From positions 114,589 to 178,588 of IMG/VR virus record IMGVR_UViG_3300011202_000010: a DNA stretch of 64,000 bases. One strand, 5' to 3'. Below are positions 29,317 to 38,946 of the stretch, piece after piece. A program made the position numbers and the translations under genes. Positions within the stretch are counted from its first letter, which is position 1. Each line of letters begins with the position of its first letter. This stretch comes from a virus. Its lineage: Duplodnaviria > Heunggongvirae > Uroviricota > Caudoviricetes. The notes beneath the pieces are model-generated. The model did no database searches, was not told the DNA's origin, and was given only the letters and a program-made list of their open reading frames with translations.

Positions 29317-29766
29317 TTATACTTTAGGTTTTCTGGATTTCTTAGGCTCTACAATATATGGTTTAAAAAGAGCTTGCCCTTCTTTGGTTAAAGTTTCACT
29401 TACAACAAGGTTCTTTTTAAACTTTTCCTTTACTACTGATAACAACTGATTGCCATAACCTTTCATTCTTTCTTCTTGTTTTGTATAAGCTGTCACGATG
29501 ACATTATTTTCAACATTTCTTTTAGCATCTTTTAAATAAACTACTATTGCGCTAACAGGTTTATCATCTTTGTATAACAAAAAGCGATGTGAATATTCTG
29601 ATTTACATATTTTTATTCCATTACCAAGATCTTTTACTTTTTCATTCATATACAGTCTGAAAGCAGCTATTGAGTTAGGTTCAGCAAGTATAGATATACC
29701 TGATCCTTCATTAAATCCTGTTTCATCTATTGGTAAGTTATTTCTTATTGGTAGTCCATCATTCAT
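29317..29766 (-). CDS. Hypothetical protein (149 aa)
   Basis: ORF. Confidence 0.5.
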   Translation of the reverse strand: MNDGLPIRNNLPIDETGFNEGSGISILAEPNSIAAFRLYMNEKVKDLGNGIKICKSEYSHRFLLYKDDKPVSAIVVYLKDAKRNVENNVIVTAYTKQEERMKGYGNQLLSVVKEKFKKNLVVSETLTKEGQALFKPYIVEPKKSRKPKV

Positions 29767-29819
29767 ATATTTCCCCCTATTTTCTATATTATCTTAAATA
29801 TTCGTAATTTGGTCAAACA

Positions 29820-29850
29820 AAAAAGGCCACTCTAAAGTGACCTTTTATTT
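29820..29850. terminator. Intrinsic terminator
   Basis: GGCCACTCTAAAGTGACC hairpin followed by TTTTATTTTTT. Confidence 0.5.
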
Positions 29851-29861
29851 TTTATTTTCTT

Positions 29862-30317
29862 TTAACTCATTTTTAATTCAAACTTATTACCATCTTCATC
29901 ATAATAAAAAGCTCTTAAAAACTTCATTCCAGCAAAATAACGCTCATCTTCAGTTGGCATTCCCATATCAAACTCATACCAAATATCATATTCTTTACCG
30001 TTTTTTGTAAAGGTTATTACTTCGTTACTATCATCTACTTGAATATCTTCAAACTCTTCAATGTATTCTTTTTTTTCTTCCAGATAAAGCTGATTGTAAG
30101 GAATGCCATAACCCTTTCTTGATTCTTCAATTTCTTTTTCACAAATAGAAAAACAACGAATTATAATTTCTACATCTTCTTTACTAACATCTTCATAAGT
30201 CATAGGAGATGTATTAATCCAAGAATCATGTTCATTAACATCTGTATGAGCTTTTTGATAAAAAATCTCAAGAAAATTTTTAGGATTTTTTGAATCTAAT
30301 GGAATAAACTCAATCAT
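29862..30317 (-). CDS. Hypothetical protein (151 aa)
   Basis: ORF. Confidence 0.5.
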   Translation of the reverse strand: MIEFIPLDSKNPKNFLEIFYQKAHTDVNEHDSWINTSPMTYEDVSKEDVEIIIRCFSICEKEIEESRKGYGIPYNQLYLEEKKEYIEEFEDIQVDDSNEVITFTKNGKEYDIWYEFDMGMPTEDERYFAGMKFLRAFYYDEDGNKFELKMS

Positions 30318-30604
30318 TTTGCTTCCTTATTTTTTTCCATTTCAGCAATTTCTTCTTTTGTAGCAAGGCGGCGAATACCAAATCCACTCAAAATAGTTAC
30401 AGGTTGTTTTTTCTTCCATTTACTTACAACATTTTCACCAAAACGTTTAGGCGCATTACCGTTCCATGAAGCAATAACGTGATTTTCATGAACTTCAATG
30501 ATTTTAACCGGATAAATAGAAATAGTTTTTAAAGTGGTATTACCCATTTTTGTTTTTGCTACGTTGAAAACAAGATCGCCGGGTTTGAGAGAAGTTAATT
30601 TCAT
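30314..30604 (-). CDS. Hypothetical protein (96 aa)
   Basis: ORF overlapping the downstream gene by 4 nt. Confidence 0.5.
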   Translation of the reverse strand: MKLTSLKPGDLVFNVAKTKMGNTTLKTISIYPVKIIEVHENHVIASWNGNAPKRFGENVVSKWKKKQPVTILSGFGIRRLATKEEIAEMEKNKEAK

Positions 30605-30630
30605 TTTATAGTTTCCTATATTTTAGATGA

Positions 30631-30782
30631 AGAAATGGTTGTGGTTTCATTGACTATTTACCCGTACACTCTTTCGCCTCTGACAACGAAATACAGCGAA
30701 TGACTCTGTTCTCCCGGCTCATCGTCCAGTGTGCTTTTATTCAGAATTCCCATTCTCGGTAATCAACGAACCACAACCATCT
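30631..30782. ncRNA. Candidate structured RNA (strand undetermined) inside a 300-bp GC-enriched intergenic island
   Basis: A 14/15-bp long-range inverted repeat, GAAATGGTTGTGGTT ... AACCACAACCATCTC, encloses about 120 nt at roughly 45% GC. Flanking sequence is about 30% GC. No credible ORF. Confidence 0.35.
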
Positions 30783-30918
30783 CAAAAATCTGGCCTTGTC
30801 TTTATATATCCTGCTCTTGGGCTAGGAGGCTTTCACCCGACATTGACACCCGTTTAAAACGTTCCAGTCTGTGCCAACAAAACCATTCTAATACATCTTT
30901 CTATCAAATGCAAACACT

Positions 30919-31419
30919 TTATATATGACAATCTAAAATAATTATCTCTGTACTTTCAGGTAGTTCTTCAAACATTTTTTCAAAGTCTATTACCCATTGA
31001 GCATCTGATCCTGATCTTTTTGCATCATACCATTCACCATCTTTAAGGAAAGCAGAAGGAAGTCTGTATTCTTTACATCTTTTCTCAATATACTCTTCTT
31101 TTGTTAAGTATTCTCCTAATGTTCTTTTGACCATTCTTTTAAACTTTTCTTCTGATAAGCCTTCCATGTTTTCGAAGAAAGAATATTCAATTTCTGCTGT
31201 TTCTTTCATTTCACTTTTCATCGCTTCAAAATCAATATCACTTATTTTTACAGCAAAAGTACTTACACCATCTTTTCTAATAAAAAATTTTGCAAATCTT
31301 CTCCCTACGCCAAAATTATCCCATTTTGCTATAGGGTAATGATTATCTTCTGTTTCTTTATATTTCTCCATTTGTTCTTTTATATCTTTTGTTAAAATCG
31401 TCATAAGAGCATAATGCAT
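30919..31419 (-). CDS. Hypothetical protein (166 aa) ending in ...DCHI; C-terminal domain paralogous to 33656-34648
   Basis: Shared segments ISDIDFEAM / IKDIDFEGI and P[SF]AF[LV]KDG[EQ]W, plus an identical DCHI C-terminus. Confidence 0.55.
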   Translation of the reverse strand: MHYALMTILTKDIKEQMEKYKETEDNHYPIAKWDNFGVGRRFAKFFIRKDGVSTFAVKISDIDFEAMKSEMKETAEIEYSFFENMEGLSEEKFKRMVKRTLGEYLTKEEYIEKRCKEYRLPSAFLKDGEWYDAKRSGSDAQWVIDFEKMFEELPESTEIIILDCHI

Positions 31420-31555
31420 TTTTTAAGATTCCTTATTTTGTTTTAAATATAGAATAGCATATTTCTATTCGATTTAACAATATTAAAAATAAGTTGTAAT
31501 ACTCTATATTTTTAAGATAGAATATATCCTTAACATTTAATAATTAGGAGTTTTA

Positions 31556-32461
31556 ATGAAAATTTTAAAAGATGAGAAAGTTAACTTAAGCGCATCATAC
31601 TTAGGTGTAATTCTTACAGTATTATGTGTCGCTATTGCTGTTTATTCTGGCCTTAATGTTATTTCTGGAACTCAATATAGCGGTTGGAATGAAACAGCAT
31701 CGAATGTCTATTCTTATTGGGCTATTGCTGGCGTTGTGTCTTTTTCTATTGCTTCACTTATATTTTTCTTTAATAGCTTTATTGTTGTTTCACCTAATGA
31801 AAAAGTAGTTGTTAGCTTTTTAGGAAAATATAGAGGAACCATTAATGATGAAGGTGTTTCTTTAGTTAATCCTTTTTTCTCTTTTGAAAAAATAAGCACT
31901 AAAATTTCCACATTTGAAACTCAAGAAACAAAAATCAATGATAGAGAAGGTATTCCTCTTAATGTTTCTATGGTTGTTAACTATCGTGTAGAAATGGCGG
32001 CTCCTTATCATTATAATGCCGAAAAACCTGCTGAAATCATATTAAACACAAGTGAAAGCGAACTAAGAAAAATCGTTACACAACATGTTTTTGATAGTGA
32101 TGATGAAAATGAAGAAACATTAAGCAAAAACTTAGAAAACTTTTCTAAAGAGTTGGTAAATAATATAAATAATAAGATTCATGATATCGGTGTAGTTATT
32201 ATTAGCGCTAACATTACTAAGATATCTTATGCTCCAGAAATCGCTCATTCGATGCTACAGCGTCAACAAGCTAAGAAGGTAGGGGAAAGCCGTAAGGAAA
32301 TAGTTAAAGCTGCTGTATCGACTGTTAGGGACGCTATTAACGATCTTGAAAGAGAAGTTAATGTTAAGTTTGATGAAAAAGATAAAAAAGATTTACTTAA
32401 AAATCTAATGTTGGTTATTGTTTCTGAAAAATCAACAACACCTGTTATTCATCTTGATTAA
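31556..32461 (+). CDS. SPFH / band-7 (stomatin-prohibitin-like) membrane protein
   Basis: AGGAG SD. Two N-terminal TM helices, then SPNEKVVVSFLGKYRGT... a band-7-like core. Confidence 0.6.
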   Translation: MKILKDEKVNLSASYLGVILTVLCVAIAVYSGLNVISGTQYSGWNETASNVYSYWAIAGVVSFSIASLIFFFNSFIVVSPNEKVVVSFLGKYRGTINDEGVSLVNPFFSFEKISTKISTFETQETKINDREGIPLNVSMVVNYRVEMAAPYHYNAEKPAEIILNTSESELRKIVTQHVFDSDDENEETLSKNLENFSKELVNNINNKIHDIGVVIISANITKISYAPEIAHSMLQRQQAKKVGESRKEIVKAAVSTVRDAINDLEREVNVKFDEKDKKDLLKNLMLVIVSEKSTTPVIHLD

Positions 32462-32483
32462 ATATTTTTATTCTTAATATAAT

Positions 32484-32512
32484 AAAAAAGCCTCATCAGA
32501 GGCTTTTTATTT
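32484..32512. terminator. Bidirectional intrinsic terminator
   Basis: AGCCTCATCAGAGGCT hairpin with an A-run before and a T-run after. Confidence 0.6.
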
Positions 32513-33587
32513 ATTTGTTTAAAATATGAAGTGGTAAAACTTTATTAGAGAAAAAATCTGCTAAATATTCATAATATTCATTTTTCTCCCAATCTTCCGA
32601 TTCAATTATAATTTTATCTTTACCTTCTATCATCTTAGCAAAATATAAATATTCCTCATCATTTAAATGATTATAACATTGTTTAATCATTTTTTGTAGA
32701 TCTGAAAGATTTACTTCTTGCCAATGTAAACTTAACTTATTTGTGGGTAATGTATCATCCCATTTTTCTGGAATATTTTCAACAGCAGAAGCAATTCTTC
32801 TCATAAAATTAACTTCACTTTCTAAATCTCCGTCTTGTCCTGACGTTCTTACTGGACGTAACATCAGATTATAACAATACATACTGATTAGAAATTTATC
32901 TGTTTCTAAAGCTGCTCTCTCTATTTTTTTACTATCTATATTTAAATTCAATTTTTTTGCTAACTGTTTCATTCCCATAGTAGGCTCTTCTGAATATGCT
33001 ATAGGTTGTAAGTTGAAAAATCTTTTTTCAATGATAGAGAAATGATTGTCTGTCTTATCAATTTTATTATTTGATAATTCATTTTCAATCTGTTCATTTG
33101 AACCGATCATCACCTGATATACATTTTCATGAACAGCAAAAACAGCGACAAAAGGAAGATTGCTTTTATCTCTATTATAACTACCATTTAAAAATAAACG
33201 CCCACTATTAATCATGTCTTGAATTTTACCCCAAGATAAGTCATTTACTTTTACATCCATATGATCATGGAATTCGTTATATTCTTGTCCTTTTTCTGAA
33301 ACATTTTCAACATAATTAGTAGTAATGAAATCATGAATATAAAGGGCCTCAATAGATTTTTCATCAAAATCGTAAGAACCATAATCAACATAAGTCGCTG
33401 GAATAGAAACGCCACCAATTATTGTAAAATCATCCCAAGGATAACATTGTCCTCCTTTATTAATCGAATCTCTTTGTGGATCAAACTTATAACTAAATTG
33501 GTTTGAAAGTAAAAAGAATAGACGAACTTTATCTCCATCTCTAATAGAGGCATGGCTAACTGCACAAGTAGTATTAAACGATCCCAT
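32511..33587 (-). CDS. Hypothetical protein (358 aa)
   Basis: ORF. Confidence 0.55.
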   Translation of the reverse strand: MGSFNTTCAVSHASIRDGDKVRLFFLLSNQFSYKFDPQRDSINKGGQCYPWDDFTIIGGVSIPATYVDYGSYDFDEKSIEALYIHDFITTNYVENVSEKGQEYNEFHDHMDVKVNDLSWGKIQDMINSGRLFLNGSYNRDKSNLPFVAVFAVHENVYQVMIGSNEQIENELSNNKIDKTDNHFSIIEKRFFNLQPIAYSEEPTMGMKQLAKKLNLNIDSKKIERAALETDKFLISMYCYNLMLRPVRTSGQDGDLESEVNFMRRIASAVENIPEKWDDTLPTNKLSLHWQEVNLSDLQKMIKQCYNHLNDEEYLYFAKMIEGKDKIIIESEDWEKNEYYEYLADFFSNKVLPLHILNK

Positions 33588-33617
33588 TTATATCACCTTT
33601 ATTTGTTTAAATTAATA

Positions 33618-33640
33618 AATCCCCTCGAAAGGGGATTTTA
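33618..33640 (-). terminator. Intrinsic terminator
   Basis: ATCCCCTCGAAAGGGGAT hairpin followed by TTTTA. Confidence 0.5.
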
Positions 33641-33655
33641 TTACTATTTATTTTA

Positions 33656-34648
33656 TTAGATATGACAATCTACAACAGTTAGCAGAGTATCTTCTGGAAG
33701 AGATTTAATCATGTCATAAAACTCTTTGTTCCAATCATTTTGTTCTTTCTCATTACTTGTCATACCAAACCAACCCATTTCACCTTTCTCTACCCACTGA
33801 CCATCTTTAACAAAGGCGAATGGAACAATTGCTCCTACTCGGCGTTTTTCAACATATTCCTCTCTTGAAGCAGCATATTCATCATAAAAATCACCCCAAA
33901 TATAGAATTTGGCTTCGTCAAAATCTTTCACCACTTCATGGTTACGATACTCTTCTCTTGCAGCATCAATTTTTTCACCATGCTTTTCTAGAATTTCTGT
34001 CCAAGATGGATATTTCCTTCCTTTTAAAATGGACTCAATCTTATCATATACTTTATTTGCGTCTTGAATTGCTTCTTGCTCAATACCTTCAAAATCAATA
34101 TCTTTAATCCTGATTCTGTCATAATAACCTTTTTTTGCTGATGGTGTCATTAATCCCGGAGAGCCAGCAGAACCTTTAGCCGCTGCCTTACCTTTAAAGA
34201 AACCTGTCCAACCACCACCAATTTCATACCAATCCCATTTAGCATTAGGATTTTCCCAATAACCGTAAGCACCTTGAGATTCGTCATACTCATGTCCACA
34301 ATATTCTGATAAATAATCCTCAAAAGTAGGATATAGAATACTTAAAGAACCTTCATACTCTTTAGATCCTTCTGGAAGTTCTAAAACTTTTTCTCCAAAA
34401 ATATCTTTGGGATTTACATACTTTTCATACTTACGAATTTCACTACTGTAACGACTGTAATTAATTCCATTTAGTTCAACAATGGCGGTTTTACCTGTTT
34501 TATAATCTTCTTGAGCTTCTTTATCGTCGTTTTTATTTACAAATACACAAAAACCACTTTCTTTTGGATCAGAGGGACTTTCTTGGAATGGAGCAAGAGT
34601 TTGCTTAAGATTTTCTTCACCGACTACAACAACGACGAAATGTGACAT
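33656..34648 (-). CDS. Hypothetical protein (330 aa), DCHI-ending; paralogous C-terminal domain
   Basis: See 30919-31419. Confidence 0.55.
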   Translation of the reverse strand: MSHFVVVVVGEENLKQTLAPFQESPSDPKESGFCVFVNKNDDKEAQEDYKTGKTAIVELNGINYSRYSSEIRKYEKYVNPKDIFGEKVLELPEGSKEYEGSLSILYPTFEDYLSEYCGHEYDESQGAYGYWENPNAKWDWYEIGGGWTGFFKGKAAAKGSAGSPGLMTPSAKKGYYDRIRIKDIDFEGIEQEAIQDANKVYDKIESILKGRKYPSWTEILEKHGEKIDAAREEYRNHEVVKDFDEAKFYIWGDFYDEYAASREEYVEKRRVGAIVPFAFVKDGQWVEKGEMGWFGMTSNEKEQNDWNKEFYDMIKSLPEDTLLTVVDCHI

Positions 34649-34861
34649 ATTTTTTCCTCTTTTTATTTAAATGACATATTTATAAATTATCTAATTAAGG
34701 TTTTGATTATATCGTACTCACCCATGCTTCTCAAGAACTTATTCCTTTTCTTTCTTTTTTCTCCTGATTATTCAAATCTATCATTAAATGTTAAATTTCT
34801 TTTGCGTTATCTTTATTTTTTTGTTATTTCGTGCTATTTTTTTTAAAACATAGGAGGCAGT

Positions 34862-35965
34862 ATGAAATTTTTAAAAGATATTTCTGTTAGAACACTTATT
34901 TGTTTTATTCTTTTTTCGTTTTCAGTTTATTGTTTTATTCCTTTATTGCTATATTTTTCTGAATATAAGCCCATTGCAATGAAATTTTTTATATCCATTC
35001 CTTTTTTATTATTATTTATAACTTTTTTTATATATACCTACATGACTATTTATTTAGTTAGACCTATTAATAAAATTCAAGGTGCTCTCAAAGAAATAAC
35101 ATTAGGTAAAATAAATACACCTATAGACTTATTTGGAATGAACTGTGCTGGTAAACTTATACCTCAAATTAAGGATATGCAAAACTCAATTATTAATATT
35201 GTTAATGTTATAAATCAATCAGCAAAAGATATTTCTATTGAAGTAAATAATTTACAAAAAGGTAATGATGAACTTTCAGTTAGAACAGAGCAAGAACATC
35301 GCTCTATCCAAAATACTGCTGATAATATTAAAAACTTATACTCTTTCTCTCATCAAAATGAAAATGAGGCAAAAGAAGTTTATAATCACACCCAGCATAC
35401 TTTGGAAAGCATTTCAGAAACATTAGATAATACAAAAACGTTAACCTTATCTATAAATAATATTAGTGAACAATCTTCAGAGATAAATAAGATATCAGAC
35501 TTTATTAGTGAGATGGCATTTAAAACTAATATACTTTCTTTAAATGCTTCAATAGAAGCAGCAAGAGCGGGTTCTTATGGACAAGGTTTTTCTGTTGTGG
35601 CATCTGAAATAAGAAATTTAGCTCAAAGCTGTGCAGCATCAGCAAAAGATATTAAAAAATTAGTTGAGAACTCTTCAGGCCAAATTAAAAAGGCTGTTTC
35701 ATTAAATGATAAAAATGAAGAATATATAAAAGAGGTTTCTATTATGATTGAGAGAATCAATGATTCTTTATCTAAAATTAGTCAGGCATCTTTTTACCAG
35801 AGGGAAAAAATAGAAAATATTAATGTTTCTATTGATGAAATTAATATCATTGTTCAACAAAACTCTAATTTATCTATTAATACTGTAAGACTTTCTGATA
35901 ATATTAAAAATAAAGTATCTTTTTTAAATCATACTATTTCAAAATTCGATATTAATCAAAAATAA
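34862..35965 (+). CDS. Methyl-accepting chemotaxis protein: two TM helices, HAMP, and the methyl-accepting signalling domain; no periplasmic sensor domain
   Basis: AGGAGG SD. Highly conserved LSLNASIEAARAGSYGQGFSVVASEIRNLA signalling core. Only about 10 residues separate the two TM helices. Confidence 0.85.
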   Translation: MKFLKDISVRTLICFILFSFSVYCFIPLLLYFSEYKPIAMKFFISIPFLLLFITFFIYTYMTIYLVRPINKIQGALKEITLGKINTPIDLFGMNCAGKLIPQIKDMQNSIINIVNVINQSAKDISIEVNNLQKGNDELSVRTEQEHRSIQNTADNIKNLYSFSHQNENEAKEVYNHTQHTLESISETLDNTKTLTLSINNISEQSSEINKISDFISEMAFKTNILSLNASIEAARAGSYGQGFSVVASEIRNLAQSCAASAKDIKKLVENSSGQIKKAVSLNDKNEEYIKEVSIMIERINDSLSKISQASFYQREKIENINVSIDEINIIVQQNSNLSINTVRLSDNIKNKVSFLNHTISKFDINQK

Positions 35966-35992
35966 AAAGCACCCGGAGGTGCTTTTTTCTTA
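35964..35992. terminator. Bidirectional intrinsic terminator
   Basis: AGCACCCGGAGGTGCT hairpin with flanking A and T runs. Confidence 0.6.
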
Positions 35993-35998
35993 TTTGGT

Positions 35999-36307
35999 CT
36001 AGTAATTGTAATTCTGGCTATTTCGACACTGTTTTACATGAACTTCCTGAATATCACCATTATCTAAACGTTGTTTAGATACTTTTACAATACAACCATC
36101 AGAATCTTGATATGTAACTTCACGATTGTTTTGATATTGAGAGTTTTGATTACTATTATTATCTCCCATAGCGCTTTTAATCGCATAACCAGCAACTGCG
36201 CCTGCTGCTAACCAAGCAAGGTTTTTACTCGTTGATGATTTAGCCTGAGCACACATGGAGGACGCAATCAGAGCGATGCTCAGTAAAGCTACAGTGATTT
36301 TTTTCAT
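35999..36307 (-). CDS. Small secreted protein (102 aa)
   Basis: Signal peptide MKKITVALLSIALIASSMCAQA. TTGTGC-N17-TATAAT promoter at 36350-36378. Confidence 0.55.
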   Translation of the reverse strand: MKKITVALLSIALIASSMCAQAKSSTSKNLAWLAAGAVAGYAIKSAMGDNNSNQNSQYQNNREVTYQDSDGCIVKVSKQRLDNGDIQEVHVKQCRNSQNYNY

Positions 36308-36349
36308 TTTTTAGATCCTGTTAAGTAGGTTGTTTGTTTCTATGAAGCT

Positions 36350-36378
36350 ATTATACTACCTTCTTTTATCATGCACAA
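36350..36378 (-). promoter_or_regulatory. Promoter TTGTGCAT-N-TATAAT (17-nt spacer)
   Basis: TTGTGCATGATAAAAGAAGGTAGTATAAT; drives 35999-36307. Confidence 0.55.
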
Positions 36379-36392
36379 CAAAAACTTAATTA

Positions 36393-36791
36393 TTAATAAC
36401 TAAAAGTACCAAGTCTATCGAAAGACTCTTTACCTCTATTTTTTAGTTCAAGGATAACCACTTTTTTCTTATTCTTACCATATACTCTTTTTGCTGCTTC
36501 ATCATCAAAATATGGATTGCGCAGCTCCCATTCTCTTTTAGAGGCATACTCCTTTGCTTCTTCTTTTAGTTTTATCATAATATCTTCTGGAAGATCATCG
36601 AAACTTTTACGATTTTTCATTTCTTCGAACACCAGATTTTTAAAGATAGAATCAGCGCACTCTTTAAATAACAGGGTTTCCTCTACGTTTGAAGAAACTT
36701 TCTGATAATCACCAACAAAACCATTCCATACAAGGATTTCTGGATCTCCATTGATTTCATTTAATTTTTTGATCAGTTCACTTTTCTTCAT
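36393..36791 (-). CDS. Hypothetical protein (132 aa)
   Basis: ORF. Confidence 0.5.
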   Translation of the reverse strand: MKKSELIKKLNEINGDPEILVWNGFVGDYQKVSSNVEETLLFKECADSIFKNLVFEEMKNRKSFDDLPEDIMIKLKEEAKEYASKREWELRNPYFDDEAAKRVYGKNKKKVVILELKNRGKESFDRLGTFSY

Positions 36792-36815
36792 TTTATTTAC
36801 CTATTTTTAAAATAA

Positions 36816-36845
36816 AAAAGGCTGCTTGGCAGCCTTGTGTTTTTA
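36816..36845. terminator. Intrinsic terminator
   Basis: GGCTGCTTGGCAGCC hairpin followed by TTGTGTTTTT. Confidence 0.55.
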
Positions 36846-37298
36846 AGATTTTTGGAACAATTGAGCAACTTCTTTACCATTGTAACGGCCTTGGTAATTA
36901 GCTGACATAAATGACATAAAATCACGCATTGCTACACCATTTGATTTTTGTTCTGTAACCAATGCCTGTAGTTCTTCTGTTGACAAAGGAGGGAAGAAAG
37001 CAGTCTGGATATATTTCAGTTCTGCCTCTGCCTGTTCTTTTCGTTCTTTATCACCACGTTTTTCAAATACTTCAATAGCATTGGTGATGTTTTTAAGCAA
37101 TTTACCAATGTTATTTTCAATAAACTCTGATTCTGTAGCTGGAACTTTTTTACCATCTTTTTCAATAACCAAACCTTCTTCTTTCATAGATTGGGTTTGA
37201 AGTTCGCCAAGAACTCCGCTAACAACGTTAGACATTGCTTTGTTCTTTGTTTTCATTGCTTCAATTTTTTGAGCTTTAAGGAATTCTACTGTAATCAT
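36843..37298 (-). CDS. GatB/YqeY-domain protein (start at MITVEF, 151 aa)
   Basis: GGAGA SD before the internal ATG. LKAQKIEAMKTKNKAMSNVVSGVLGEL resembles the YqeY N-terminus. Confidence 0.5.
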   Translation of the reverse strand: MITVEFLKAQKIEAMKTKNKAMSNVVSGVLGELQTQSMKEEGLVIEKDGKKVPATESEFIENNIGKLLKNITNAIEVFEKRGDKERKEQAEAELKYIQTAFFPPLSTEELQALVTEQKSNGVAMRDFMSFMSANYQGRYNGKEVAQLFQKS

Positions 37299-37433
37299 GT
37301 TTATTCTCCATTTATTAACATTTTCATTAAGGACAACATTATATCTAAGCATTTTGTAAGATGCAAGCTATTTTTTTCAAAAAAAAAGCTATACCTGAAA
37401 AGTATAGCTTTGCTTTTTTTATCTTATCTTATC

Positions 37434-38801
37434 TTACAAACCATATTGAGACACTATATTATTACCAACTCGATATATTACTTTTCTATTTTTATTATCA
37501 AGAGCTAATGAAGATCTTTCTCCTGTCGTGCAACTCCATACCACACGAGCCGCAGGAGAGAAAGGAACATTGTAATATAACCTTCTAAACTCATTCATTA
37601 TTGTTGGGAAATTGGCAGAGCCTAATATATGATCATTTAATTCACTATATACTTTTGCATTCGTTAATGTTTTAGGTATTCTAAACATATTTCCAATTCC
37701 AGCAGTAGCATAATCACCTAAATCACAATATGTAGCATGAGAAGAGCAAGCTAATTTACCTGTCCCCCAACTATAACCTGTTTTTAATACATAGTATCTA
37801 TCACTTAATATATTTGACATTTGAATAGCATTTACATGAGGTAAAGTTGTTAGTATCGTAGCTGGCATATTATATTGGTAATGTTCAAAACTACAAGTAC
37901 CTGTTGTAGTTTTATATTCATACCATTCTTCTACACCATCTAGACCACCATCACTTACATAGTACATACTTTTACTGGTCATCACCGCATCTATATTATT
38001 GGCAGCAGATGCTGATATACTGTTTGATATACTAACACTTGTTGATACACTTTTTGAAGCAGAAGCAGAGGCGCTTATACTTGATGAAATGCTTGAACTT
38101 ATAGATTTACTTGTTGAAATACTTTTAGATGCTGATGTTGAAGCACTTACACTCGCACTCACTGAGGCACTAACAGAAGTAGATACTGATGTACTTACAC
38201 TTTTAGATGTTGATACACTCGTAGATACTGAGGTGCTTATGCTCGTCGAAACGCTTGTTGAAACACTCGCTTTATAAACAGTATCTCCTTCATAATAACT
38301 TGAAAATATAATTCCTTCATTTAGCGAATTTTTACAAAATGTAACTATATCTGGAATAGATGAATCGCTATTTATTGTTTTTGAATCAGATTTTCTTATT
38401 ACACTTTTAAATAATGGTCTTGATCTTCCTACAAGGTCTGGACAGGATTTTTCTGTCACTTTATAATAAGTAATGTCATAAAATTCATTTGTTCCATCAT
38501 GATCTGTTATTGTTATTTCACCACCCCAAGGATTAACTAATCTATTCCCTTGCTTCATATTACTAGGCAGTAAATTACCTCCTAGAATCATATTTCTCCC
38601 TTCTTCAACACTTGAATACGATCCTTCTATCTTGTTCATAGCTTGCTGAATATACCCTAAGCCTTTTATTGCTGTACTTACTTTTTGCCTTTCTGACATA
38701 ACGTTAAATACCCAAAAAATAACAGCCATCAATGCTACTATAGCTCCTAAAGAGAGCATCATTTCCATTAAAGAAAATCCTTTACTTTTCCTTTTAAACA
38801 T
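37434..38801 (-). CDS. Large prepilin-type protein (455 aa) with a central Ser-rich dipeptide-repeat region
   Basis: N-terminus [32 protein letters not shown] (G/F/E prepilin motif). About 90 aa of (S-x)n: [27 protein letters not shown]... Globular domains on both sides. Confidence 0.75.
   Translation of the reverse strand: MFKRKSKGFSLMEMMLSLGAIVALMAVIFWVFNVMSERQKVSTAIKGLGYIQQAMNKIEGSYSSVEEGRNMILGGNLLPSNMKQGNRLVNPWGGEITITDHDGTNEFYDITYYKVTEKSCPDLVGRSRPLFKSVIRKSDSKTINSDSSIPDIVTFCKNSLNEGIIFSSYYEGDTVYKASVSTSVSTSISTSVSTSVSTSKSVSTSVSTSVSASVSASVSASTSASKSISTSKSISSSISSSISASASASKSVSTSVSISNSISASAANNIDAVMTSKSMYYVSDGGLDGVEEWYEYKTTTGTCSFEHYQYNMPATILTTLPHVNAIQMSNILSDRYYVLKTGYSWGTGKLACSSHATYCDLGDYATAGIGNMFRIPKTLTNAKVYSELNDHILGSANFPTIMNEFRRLYYNVPFSPAARVVWSCTTGERSSLALDNKNRKVIYRVGNNIVSQYGL
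38000..38270. repeat. Tandem degenerate hexanucleotide repeat encoding the SRR segment of 37434-38801
   Basis: AGT/ACT/AGA-rich repeats on the plus strand. The Leu/Asp/Glu-rich antisense ORF 37999-38277 is an artefact of this region. Confidence 0.7.
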
Positions 38802-38904
38802 AAACTAAAAACTCCTAAATAATTTTACAGAACATTCTTAATTACAATAGCCTGTTATTTTTAAAAGATCAAATAAATACAAATAATAATTATTATCATT
38901 TAAA

Positions 38905-38930
38905 AAAGGCTACCGGAGTAGCCTTTGATT
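38905..38930 (-). terminator. Intrinsic terminator
   Basis: GGCTACCGGAGTAGCC hairpin flanked by A and T runs. Confidence 0.55.
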
Positions 38931-38946
38931 CATTATAATTTTTAAC

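Noticed and set aside
30631-30782. Retron msr/msd interpretation of the 14-bp flanking inverted repeat
   Set aside because: No reverse transcriptase gene is adjacent. Both neighbours are small unrelated minus-strand ORFs.
30731-30928. Plus-strand ORF 30731-30928 inside the GC-rich intergenic island
   Set aside because: No SD, odd composition, and it overlaps the proposed structured RNA. More likely non-coding.
37999-38277. Plus-strand ORFs 37999-38277, 39320-39826 and 40986-41726 encoding Leu/Asp/Glu/Ala-rich repeats (LEALxxADVEAL...)
   Set aside because: They are the reverse-complement reading of the Ser-codon tandem repeats inside the three minus-strand SRR-pilin genes. They have no SD or promoter and are pure low-complexity. 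Antisense artefacts.
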